Assembly: GCF_001194135.2 (NCBI RefSeq)
Contig: NC_068981.1
Location: 166,215,181-166,279,180, forward strand
Length of the DNA stretch: 64,000 bases
Direction of reading: 5' to 3'
Origin: Octopus bimaculoides
Taxonomy: Eukaryota
A model generated the notes under the pieces. That model did not search any database and was not told the origin of the DNA. It was given only the letters and a program-made list of their open reading frames with translations. This document shows positions 38,401 to 49,585 of the stretch, piece by piece. The translations under genes and the position numbers were made by a program. Positions within the stretch are counted from its first letter, which is position 1; each line of letters opens with the position of its first letter.

Positions 38401-39110
38401 ACTAGCAGAGATACCCACCGTTGCTCAGGATTTAAATAGCATAGTTTGTATATAGGGTACAGTTAAGTTGAAACATGATGTGGGGAAGTGCAGCATTGAC
38501 GACAAAACATTTGTGGAGTAAATGAAGGGCTAACTCAACTAAGTGACATATCCTGCATCTGTTTGGAAGATTCCAGGCCCTAACCTTGTCATTGAAAAGT
38601 GGGTGGAGATATGTGATTTTTGAACGCACCAAAAAGCTCTCGGTGTATATATTGGCGCTGCCACTACCACGCTGAACAATCAGCAGACATAGGAACTACA
38701 TCTGTATGATAAATTAAGCCTGTGGGAGCGCTCAGCAGTACCACATGAGAGAAATCTACATGAAAGAAATGTGGTAAGGTGGGGTGAATTGGCAAGGAAG
38801 CGCTTGAAAACAACTGTTTCAGTTTGGAATCAATAGTCGTGGCTCAACCATGCCCTCTTTCGCATAAACAGTGTGCGACTGTTGTGAGTACAACTCCCAA
38901 ACAAAAACAATTCTGCATGCAATGTTGGAGTACACAAGGCCACATTAAGGACATGGTCTCTAACAAATGTGGTTGGATCACATGACGTTGATTTGCTGAT
39001 GTGGTTGGGAATCAATAGTTATGGCTCAACCATGCATTTTTTCACGTAAACAGCATGCGACCATTGTGAGGACAACTCCCAAATGAAAACAATTCTGCAT
39101 GTAAGATGAC
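38401..39110 (-). mobile_element. Non-autonomous Helitron-like element with an internal ~180-bp tandem duplication
   Basis: The minus-strand end ...cctgagcaacggtgggtatctctgCTAG|T is a decayed hairpin plus CTAG 3' terminus. Direct repeat units at ~38823-39002 and ~39003-39100. Confidence 0.55.
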
Positions 39111-39435
39111 ATGGTTCCAGGTTCAGTCCCACTATGTGGCATCTTGAGCAAGTGCCTTCTACTATAGCCTTGGGCCAACCAAAGCCTTGGATTTGGTAGA
39201 CGGAAACTGAAAGAAGCCCATCGCATATATGTGTGTGTGTGTCTGTGTTTGTCTCCTCCCTCAACATCGCTTAACAACCAATGCTGGTGCGTTTATGTCC
39301 CTGTAACTTAGAAGTTCAGCAAAATAGACCGATAGAATAAGTACTAGGCTTACAGAGAATAAGTCCTGACTAAAGGCGGTGCACCAACATGACTGCAGTC
39401 AAAATGACTGAAATTAGTAAATGTATAAAAGAATA
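39109..39435 (+). mobile_element. SINE family B (CORE-like, central GT microsatellite)
   Basis: ggttcagtcccactatgtggcatcttgagcaagtgccttctactatagcc...(GT)n...gaataagtactaggcttac...gactgaaa. A split minus-strand copy lies at 9618-9830 plus 10135-10252. Confidence 0.75.
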
Positions 39436-40540
39436 TACATTGTTTAGAGCTCAAACAATTCTACCATCTGCTGTGACATTATTTTATGCTTCAGGCATCT
39501 TTATTGCTTCACAAAACTGACTGGTGCTTGCAGCAGCAATAATAATAATACAACTGTTACTCTATAAGATAGTAGTTGCAATCATACAATGGATAACTGT
39601 TATTCAACAATTTTACACTATAGAGATTCTAGAAATTTTGCTATTCTAACCATTCAAAATAGGAAACTAAATTAGTATGGAGAGCAAGAAGTGAATGAAT
39701 GAAAAAACTTATATAGCTGAATTAAAAATCAATGATACAAAAGATATATAGTTAAATGTTTAAATTCTGTAATATATGAAAAACAAGATATAATATAAAA
39801 TACGTGTAATGAAAACATATTTTGATTTTTGTTTTATTTTTTTACTTTCTTTACGAAACAACTCCCTAGAGGAAAAAAAAATTAGTATTACTTTTCATTT
39901 TCACTCTTACAAGTTTCAGCCATCCATTTGAGATACTGTCATAATTTCTAAAGATGTTTTTAACCTAGTTATTGTATAAATGCAACTAGAGTTCCATATA
40001 TTTCTGTTGTTTGTAACAAGTATAATGCAATGCTGCCTTCCACCAAGTTTCCACTATACCAGATAATCCATGTTGCAACAAGCCAGCCAAGTTTGGAAAT
40101 ATGTAGCACACTTAGTTATGCACTGTTAGTGTTATACCAAGAGCATGTTCTGTCTTGTTTGCTGTCTAGACCAGCTTTGGTATGTCTAGATTGGGTCTCT
40201 TGAAGGAAAACATTGTACAGAGTTTGAGCCTACTAGGAAAATGACATAAATACTGTTTGCAAACTAATGCCATATATAGATTCATTTGAATGCCAGGCTT
40301 CTTTATTCCATTGCATATTTTGACATCTATTGTTTTTGGGGTTTTTTTTGTACATTCTTTCTACAGTCTTGGAGAACATGCTACAGAAAGGTAACTTAGG
40401 TGACTGAGTGACATCTTGTCTTCAGAGTATTTGTTTGTCTCTCATTAGTACAGACAGTTTTGTGGAAAGTTTTTGTCATCTCTACTTATTTGTTCCGACT
40501 TACATATTCAAGTCCACAAGAGACAAGAGTCCACGAGATT

Positions 40541-40654
40541 CCAGTTACACTGTAGTTTATAGAGAACCTTACTTCAGTTGAAACAGCTACACTCTAGCAG
40601 CTGAAATTGTGTTCTCTCAACAACTCATATACTTTTTCACAGTATAAGTAAAAT
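40541..40654 (+). ncRNA. Conserved intronic hairpin, copy 1 (candidate H/ACA guide 3' hairpin)
   Basis: Lower stem AGAGAAC/GTTCTCT, 6x6 pocket CTTACT/AATTGT, upper stem TCAGTTG/CAGCTGA, and ACA at 40620-40622, 15 nt from the top of the pocket. Confidence 0.35.
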
Positions 40655-41132
40655 ATATATTTAAATATTAATTTTGCTATTCATATACTGTTCAGTCTTA
40701 TCTAAAGTTATTCTTGGAAATTGTTTTTTAAGAAAATACACATGAACACACCACATGCACGTGCGCACACAATATTCTATCATCCAAGTAACAGCTTATT
40801 GGGGCTTCAATAACATCATAGCTGAGAAAACTTAAACACCAGTCAGAAAAGCTATATAATATAGTAGCAGAATTCATGTTATTTCTTTCATCTCTTTTGA
40901 CTGTAGTTTAGGCATTCTTTGAAAGTGACATTTAGATATATCATCATCATCATCATCGCCACCAGCAACGTTACCATTATCATCATCACCATAACTTGTT
41001 GGCATAAGTTTATCAGTTTTATTTTCATTTTATTTCATTTCATTAATTTTAATTTCATTATATGAAATGATGAGCTCTGCCAAAAACAATAAATATTTTT
41101 TCTATGTATCAGTCTAACACGCACGCACGCAT

Positions 41133-41164
<32 letters not shown>

Positions 41165-42161
41165 NNNNNNNNNNNNNNNNNNNNNNNNNNNNNNNNNNNN
41201 NNNNNNNNNNNNNNNNNNNNNNNNNNNNNNNNNNNNNNNNNNNNNNNNNNNNNNNNNNNNNNNNNNNNNNNNNNNNNNNNNNNNNNNNNNNNNNNNNNNN
41301 NNNNNNNNNNNNNNNNNNNNNNNNNNNNNNNNNNNNNNNNNNNNNNNNNNNNNNNNNNNNNNNNNNNNNNNNNNNNNNNNNNNNNNNNNNNNNNNNNNNN
41401 NNNNNNNNNNNNNNNNNNNNNNNNNNNNNNNNNNNNNNNNNNNNNNNNNNNNNNNNNNNNNNNNNNNNNNNNNNNNNNNNNNNNNNNNNNNNNNNNNNNN
41501 NNNNNNNNNNNNNNNNNNNNNNNNNNNNNNNNNNNNNNNNNNNNNNNNNNNNNNNNNNNNNNNNNNNNNNNNNNNNNNNNNNNNNNNNNNNNNNNNNNNN
41601 NNNNNNNNNNNNNNNNNNNNNNNNNNNNNNNNNNNNNNNNNNNNNNNNNNNNNNNNNNNNNNNNNNNNNNNNNNNNNNNNNNNNNNNNNNNNNNNNNNNN
41701 NNNNNNNNNNNNNNNNNNNNNNNNNNNNNNNNNNNNNNNNNNNNNNNNNNNNNNNNNNNNNNNNNNNNNNNNNNNNNNNNNNNNNNNNNNNNNNNNNNNN
41801 NNNNNNNNNNNNNNNNNNNNNNNNNNNNNNNNNNNNNNNNNNNNNNNNNNNNNNNNNNNNNNNNNNNNNNNNNNNNNNNNNNNNNNNNNNNNNNNNNNNN
41901 NNNNNNNNNNNNNNNNNNNNNNNNNNNNNNNNNNNNNNNNNNNNNNNNNNNNNNNNNNNNNNNNNNNNNNNNNNNNNNNNNNNNNNNNNNNNNNNNNNNN
42001 NNNNNNNNNNNNNNNNNNNNNNNNNNNNNNNNNNNNNNNNNNNNNNNNNNNNNNNNNNNNNNNNNNNNNNNNNNNNNNNNNNNNNNNNNNNNNNNNNNNN
42101 NNNNNNNNNNNNNNNNNNNNNNNNNNNNNNNNNNNNNNNNNNNNNNNNNNNNNNNNNNNNN
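41165..42161. other. Assembly gap (N run) flanked by (CT)n
   Basis: N characters. Other gaps at 1171-1600, 8721-8744, 10125-10134, 13763-13772, 19872-20003, 47597-48531 and 60334-60417. Confidence 1.
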
Positions 42162-42465
42162 CTCTCTCTCTCTCATGTGGTATTCTGTTCACATCATCAC
42201 TCTTTTTCTTTCAGTCTCCACTGGTACAAGACAATAAATCAAATTCTTCTATCATTCTTTGACAGTGGGTGGAAAAGTATTCGTCAGTCTGTGATAAGGA
42301 AGACTGTCTTAGTCAGAAAACATAATCTATGCCTTTATGCAAGTGTTTAACTTCTTAAACATTCTAGGATACATAGTTTCCTAGTAAAACAATAAGAAAA
42401 TGGTGAATCGGTTATATATATGTACATATGTCACAATTGGGGAAATCTCATCTTACCCGTGTCTT

Positions 42466-42570
42466 TTCAGTTACACTAGTTTATAGAGAACCTTACCTCA
42501 GTTGAACAGCTGCACTCTGCCAGCTGAATTTGTGTTCTCTAAACAACTAATACCCTTTTTCACAGTAAAA
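42466..42570 (+). ncRNA. Conserved intronic hairpin, copy 2 (candidate H/ACA guide 3' hairpin)
   Basis: Same stems, pocket CTTACC/ATTTGT, ACA at 42543-42545 (15 nt spacing), and an H-box-like ACACTA at 42473-42478. Confidence 0.4.
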
Positions 42571-42709
42571 ACATCTTGTAATAAACCTTAATCTATTATT
42601 CTCACCCAACTCGAATTTGGATATTTATCTTTGGACTAATAAAAAAATCCAATATTATTTTATCTAAATTTAATAACCCAGCCTATTCTTGTTTTTCTTT
42701 CTTTTAAAG

Positions 42710-42758
42710 GTCCACCTATTACCTATGATCCAACTTTCAGAGGTCCAGTAAAAAGCAG
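42710..42758 (+). CDS. SLC44A2-like: SLC44A2-like coding exon 2 (49 nt), (G)PPITYDPTFRGPVKS(R)
   Basis: Acceptor ttcttttaaag|G, donor AG|GTAAGG. YDPTFRGPV matches the CTL2/CTL4 N-terminal motif (YDPxFxGPI). Confidence 0.93.
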
Positions 42759-45658
42759 GTAAGGATATTTCACACTGGAGTGAGAGAGAGAGAAAAAATC
42801 TTTTGTATATTGCTTTGAGAATTGGAAAACTACTTTCATAACCCCAGATAGATAAGAGATCCAGCTTGGTAACTTTTTTAAAAAAATCTGTAATACTGTA
42901 TATTGTGTGCATGTGTGTGTGTATATATATCATCATCATCATCATAATCCATTTTCCATGCTGGCATGGGTTGGACAGTTTGACTGTGAATTGGTAAGCC
43001 CAGGAGCTGTACCAGATTCCAGTCTAATTTGGTATGATGTCTACAGTTGGATGCCCTTCCTATATATGAGAGAGAGAGAGAGAGTGTGTATGTGTAAAGA
43101 GTATGCTTGAACAGTATTGAATTTAGATGTAAAATCTAAAGTCTACAATTACGCATTTGTACAGCATTGAATATATGTTTAGTAATGCTTTCATGCATTT
43201 GATGACCAGTATTGAAATCATAATGTGGATGTAACACCAATTACTAAATGCACATTTAGATATATAAGCATGCTTAACTCAGTCTTTGGTCTGTTCAATT
43301 TCATTCAAACACTTGTGTATGTGAATATATTAAGAGGAGAAAAAAGACTTTGAATTATTGTATTTGATGGCTTATAAGGTGCACAAGCTTTTAACAAAGC
43401 TCAATTTCAACAGGTCCTTTCTTGAAAAAGTTTTCTATTTTTGCCTAGCTTTCATAGCCCTACCATCTGTCAAGCTATTTTAATGTTTCTCATTTTAAAT
43501 CATAACCTTTAGATATTCCTCACCCACTGTCATGTATTTCAGTTATATTCTTAAATGTAAGCACATTTCTTAAAACAACTATGACTTATGTATTTATTGT
43601 TATATTAAGATGATGTTTTGCATGCAACTTTAAAAAAGGGTTCTTGCATGAATCTGTTATGGACTTTTTGTCTCCAAAACTACTCTATTTCCTCAAATGT
43701 GAGCAAAATTCAATGACTTGGTATTCCTGCTTCTCATTCATTTTATCAAAACGAGGAACTTTCTTAATGTTTGTGATCCACAATCCTACCTGTAGATACA
43801 GGCAATTCTTAGGTTTTGTCTAAGACAACAGAATTAACAGAAGAAAATCGAATCTACATTCACACAAGTATATCACTATAAAGGAACGAAAACACACTTT
43901 TTGGTCATAATCTTAAGAGTCTAATTCTAAAAATGTAGAATAATGAAGTTCTCAGTGTACTTAATTGGATAAAGTTATTTTTAAGGGTTGGTTAATAATT
44001 TTATTCAAAAGATGATTGATTGCACTGCCTGAAATGCCATCACACTTCCCAAGGTGCTCTAGGTTGCTATCAAACATAAGTAACAGAGAAGCAAAATAAC
44101 ATTTTACCCTCTTTACCTGCCAGCTATACATGTTACAGATAGACAGCCCTTCTCTTCAAATGGTTCTTACACTCTCTCTTTTCAGTTGCTCCTAACACTT
44201 CTCTCTCTTTTTTTATCAAGAACATGTATTCATCCCTTGATATAAACATCCAGTTATATAGGACATATAGTATTTCTTTATAATATATTTATAATTATAT
44301 TATAAAGTAATACTTAATTTATTTAATCAGATCTATTAATTGTGAAACTTTATTTTAATTCATAAAAATTACTGTTTTTATGTTATGAATTTCAGCCAAT
44401 AATCTTTAACCAGATTTATTAGAAATTTATGGTGATGTAATTATCAATTATATAATGCAATAAATTTGCTTATTTTATCCAATATAACATTACCCAATTC
44501 TCTTAGAATAATAAATATTTCTTCTTTTGAAGAAAGCGGGAATATGATCAGATGTTGTTGCTCTTACTAACCATTTTTGGTAGTTAAACAGTTAACTAAT
44601 TAATTGAAGTTCTGGATTGTTAGCATGTGCTCTGTGGTCTTTAAGATAGTAAAATTGGAGTTTTGTATAGCATTATGTACCTTTTAAATATATTGATATT
44701 CATTACATTTTTCTGCACTTATATATTCATCATTTCTTTAAATGATATGAAGTGTTTGAGTGAAATAGAGAATTAGATTAATGATTCTTGTGTATATGTG
44801 AATATTAGATGTATGTTTGTGTATGTAATAATAATATTGGAGGTGTATTTGCCAAGAAATAAACCAAAAAAAAAAAAAGCAAAAGAGGGAGAGAGTAACT
44901 GAGAAGCAGCTGGAGAGGATTATTTCTTCTTGCTTAAGTAACGATAATCTGTTAGACCCTTTGTGTTTGAAGCAAGTTTTAAGGATATAGGTTAATAAAC
45001 ACCTGTCATAAAGAAACATCCCAATACTTCAATTTTATGAAACCTATACAATTTTCAAGAATTCATATGCAATAAATGATGTTTCAGAATAATTGGGTTT
45101 ACGGAAGAGACTGAGAGGGTAACATTTTGTTCCGTTCACCTAGATGTATGAACAGGTCACATGTTTTCCTGAGATAATTTAGTTATCCACCAGCATTAGA
45201 CTAACATTATGTTTAGGTGAAAATTTTATCACTCCTCCACTCAACTGCCAATGAAACTGAAAAAAAGCTTTTTACTGGGTCTTTTAAAAAGTATTTCCCT
45301 TCTGGTTGATAAAAGAATTAATCTTTGAATAGAGTTTGCTACATTAAAAAAGTGCTCTCTCTTATCCCCCCCCTCTCTCTCTCATACTTAGAAAACAACT
45401 AAAACTCAAAAATACACTGGAATATTCTATGGCTTTCTCTTTCAACAAGCTATATGTATCATATATACTTGTTGATACCATCCATTACATTTTATCTTAA
45501 TTTTGTCAGTGTGGGTCACTAAAGTTTTGGCTTCTCAACTTTTAATACTTTTTTATTTTCTGATTTATTATTGGTGAGAGAAATCATACTTCTTAACCAC
45601 AAAGCCATGCAGTGAATGAAGGAATGGATCCATTCCTTGAAAGTTCAACAAACTGCTT

Positions 45659-45692
<34 letters not shown>

Positions 45693-46164
45693 CAACATTC
45701 ATGGTAGTAAGATGAAAGGGGTTTTATCAACATTAGCCTCTTGAACTTAACAATGTCCTCTCTAATACTAATTCAACACTCTTGTGTAATAAGATGATGC
45801 CCATTATCTGTCTAGTAGACTAATGTCAGTAGAGAATTTTGATTTTTGCTAGGGACTTCCTAAATATCTTGGTCCACCTCAAGGTTTGTGAATGATATTG
45901 GGTTGATGCAAATTCTATGGAAGAAGCCCATTGGATGAATTGTACATGTTCTTGGGTGGTATACTTAATCTATCATCTTTTTTTTAACACCATCATCTAG
46001 CCCATAAATTATTTTCAACTGTGTTCACTCTGTGCAAGCAGTCAAACTAAGTCTGGAGATAACATACAAGCCATGGTTTTTTTTTTCCTTCCCATCACTG
46101 ACTATGCTGTATGAAAAAAAAAAAAAACAACAACTGAAAGGAAGGTTTGAATTCTTGATATTGT

Positions 46165-46384
46165 AGTCATTTAAACTGGCCATATCTGGCCCAAATGTTC
46201 TACATGCTTTATGTTTGAAGTGACCGGATATAGTCTCTCACTCCTATGCTACATTTGTTATTCTGAAACTAAACAATCACATCATCAAAATCTGAAAGCT
46301 ATAAGATAATATATGATTAATTTAAAACAATGTGAATAAATAAGCATTACATTTGATTAAGTACTCTGAATGCTAAAGGGTTAA
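46165..46384. mobile_element. piggyBac-like MITE copy (left end eroded)
   Basis: Shares internal sequence with 12704-12918 and ends AATGCTAAAGGG-TTAA. Confidence 0.65.
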
Positions 46385-47409
46385 TCCAGTTTATTGACCT
46401 CTGGGATTAAGCACTCATACTTGCACACAAATGCCCCTCATGACTTGCAATAATTTCTAAATAATTTCCCACAAAATTTGGTTCTTTTAGTAAAAAGAAC
46501 CAAATAAATCTTTAAAATCTAAGGAAACCTAAATGAATTTACACAGTGGTGCTTTGTATGAAAGCATTTCCTGTATTTCTGCTTGTTTCTTAGTAGTGTA
46601 ACCCAATACTTTTCAAATGTTTGTTGTTACAAGAGTGTAAATAAACTACATGTAAATATCTGAATGAATAGCAGTAGTATTATATTTATTTTGATTATTG
46701 CAATATGTATATTTATAATGTTCTATTTGATACATCTTTCTGTATTACCTGTTTATTTCTGTTACATATTGGGTTATTAGAATTTTCTACTCTGTATGGG
46801 GATTAATTAAACCCAACATTATCCATGTTCATAATAATTATCATCATCATTCTTTTCTTTGCCTTCTTATTTTCTCTTCTCCTTCCATCTACTCTTATCT
46901 CCAAACTTCACATTCTCGGCAAATTGGAATGTTATTATATCTTTCTATAATTGATATCATAACATATGTTGAAAAATTTAATTTCTGCAGGAAGTTCTTT
47001 TTTCTTATAAATTTCATCAATAGAAATGTTACATATCATTATGTGGGAATGTTATTTCTTATCATTTTTTTAAATGTCTTTTTCCATACTAGCATAGGCA
47101 TCGCTCTATCTAATCTGTCTTTATCTATACTAGGCACATTTTTGTAAGGAATGTAGGTTATAGTCTCAATCCTAGTATATAAACTTAACCTCAGCATATT
47201 GACTTAATCCCAATATATTTCTGCTATTTATTTTATGAAAACCTGGTCAGCATGTTAATTTGCTTGTTCTCAGTAGAATTTGAACTCACAAAGAACAAGA
47301 AACAAAATTTGACAGCATAATCTGTATTACTTGATGTCCTATTTATGTGATGTCTATTCTACATAGTTGCTTGAACTGCTAGTATTAGAAGCCAAATCTG
47401 CTTCAGACC

Positions 47410-48842
47410 ATCATCATCATCATCATCGTTTAACGTCCGCTTTCCATGCTAGCATGGGTTGGACGATTTGACTGAGGACTGGTGAAACCGGATGGCAACA
47501 CCAGGCTCCAATCTAATTTGGCAGAGTTTCTACAGCTGGATGCCCTTCCTAACGCCAACCACTCAGAGTGTAGTGGGTGATTTTACGTGTCACCCGNNNN
47601 NNNNNNNNNNNNNNNNNNNNNNNNNNNNNNNNNNNNNNNNNNNNNNNNNNNNNNNNNNNNNNNNNNNNNNNNNNNNNNNNNNNNNNNNNNNNNNNNNNNN
47701 NNNNNNNNNNNNNNNNNNNNNNNNNNNNNNNNNNNNNNNNNNNNNNNNNNNNNNNNNNNNNNNNNNNNNNNNNNNNNNNNNNNNNNNNNNNNNNNNNNNN
47801 NNNNNNNNNNNNNNNNNNNNNNNNNNNNNNNNNNNNNNNNNNNNNNNNNNNNNNNNNNNNNNNNNNNNNNNNNNNNNNNNNNNNNNNNNNNNNNNNNNNN
47901 NNNNNNNNNNNNNNNNNNNNNNNNNNNNNNNNNNNNNNNNNNNNNNNNNNNNNNNNNNNNNNNNNNNNNNNNNNNNNNNNNNNNNNNNNNNNNNNNNNNN
48001 NNNNNNNNNNNNNNNNNNNNNNNNNNNNNNNNNNNNNNNNNNNNNNNNNNNNNNNNNNNNNNNNNNNNNNNNNNNNNNNNNNNNNNNNNNNNNNNNNNNN
48101 NNNNNNNNNNNNNNNNNNNNNNNNNNNNNNNNNNNNNNNNNNNNNNNNNNNNNNNNNNNNNNNNNNNNNNNNNNNNNNNNNNNNNNNNNNNNNNNNNNNN
48201 NNNNNNNNNNNNNNNNNNNNNNNNNNNNNNNNNNNNNNNNNNNNNNNNNNNNNNNNNNNNNNNNNNNNNNNNNNNNNNNNNNNNNNNNNNNNNNNNNNNN
48301 NNNNNNNNNNNNNNNNNNNNNNNNNNNNNNNNNNNNNNNNNNNNNNNNNNNNNNNNNNNNNNNNNNNNNNNNNNNNNNNNNNNNNNNNNNNNNNNNNNNN
48401 NNNNNNNNNNNNNNNNNNNNNNNNNNNNNNNNNNNNNNNNNNNNNNNNNNNNNNNNNNNNNNNNNNNNNNNNNNNNNNNNNNNNNNNNNNNNNNNNNNNN
48501 NNNNNNNNNNNNNNNNNNNNNNNNNNNNNNNTCTGTACATGACTCGCGCAGCTCTCACTAACCATTCTTCTATCCCAAGTTTCCTCATTGACCACCAGAT
48601 AAGGGATCGGGGGACCCTGTCAAAGGCTTTCTCCATGTCAACGAAAGCCAGGTACAGAGGTTTATCCTTAGCTAGGTATTTCTCCTGCAACTGTCTCACT
48701 AGAAATAAGCCATCAGTAGTGCTTTTACCTGGCACGAACCCAAACTGCATCTCATCTAAATTGATTCGCTCCCTAATTAGTTGGGCTATGACCCTCTCTG
48801 TAACTTTCATAACCTGATCTAACAGCTTGATGCCTCTGTAAT
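47410..48842 (-). mobile_element. RTE-type LINE, 5'-truncated within RT, middle hidden in an N gap
   Basis: YRGIKLLDQVMKVTERVIAQLIRERINLDEMQFGFVPGKSTTDGLFLVRQLQEKYLAKDKPLYLAFVDMEKAFDRVPR (RT domains) is stop-free at 48532-48842. The family 3' end with (GAT)n is at 47410-47596. Confidence 0.9.
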
Positions 48843-49373
48843 TATTTGTATGGTTTACTATATTAAAAAAGAAAAAAATGCATTAGATAATGTAGTTTAA
48901 AGTACACTATTGCTGTGGTGGTGGGGAAGAAAGCTGGAAAGGTCATGGTTCTTCTCAATCAGGGCTGACATAGGGAGCTAAACAACTTCATTCTCTTAAA
49001 AATAATGATGTTTGAAGCAGTGTTTGACAATAAATACTGACTTTCAATGTATTTGAGAAATAAATTTAAGTTCTTCTTTCTTTTATTTATTAATTAGAAT
49101 TAGTAATTTAAAATGAAAATTATAAGACATATCTTTTTTTACGCTTCCCTTTCTATAATGATACATTGCATTAAGAGTTCCTTCTTCCAATAACTATTGC
49201 TGTATAGTGCAATGGTGTTAGAGATACATTTGATCCCACATTGGCTCAAAGGTGATTTGTGAATTCAGCTATAAATTTCTATTGAAAAATAAGTCCTTTG
49301 TACAAAGGTTATCTGAACATGTACTATTTTGTGTAAATAAGGTAACAAAAGATTGTTGGAAATAATTGAAAGA

Positions 49374-49585
49374 AAGGCAGTCAGGTGAGACCCAAAATGA
49401 AATGTTTAGTGGTATTTTGCCTGTCACTATGTTCTGAGTTCTTCTGAGGTCAACTTTACCTTTCTTCCTTCCAGGGTCGATAAATTTAAGTACCAGTGAA
49501 ACACTGGGGTCGCAATAATTGACCAGTGCCCTCCCCCAAAATTTCAGGCCTTGTGCCTTTCGTAGAAAGGGTTATTATTTATTAT
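49374..49585 (+). mobile_element. Family A SINE
   Basis: Family A core with a tattatt tail. Confidence 0.8.

Noticed and set aside
41035-42237. Long ORFs (355-385 aa) in the ORF track; similar ones at 1146-1653, 19673-20221 and 47492-48817
   Set aside because: They consist almost entirely of X from N gaps. Only the RTE RT part of 47590-48810 is real coding-derived sequence.
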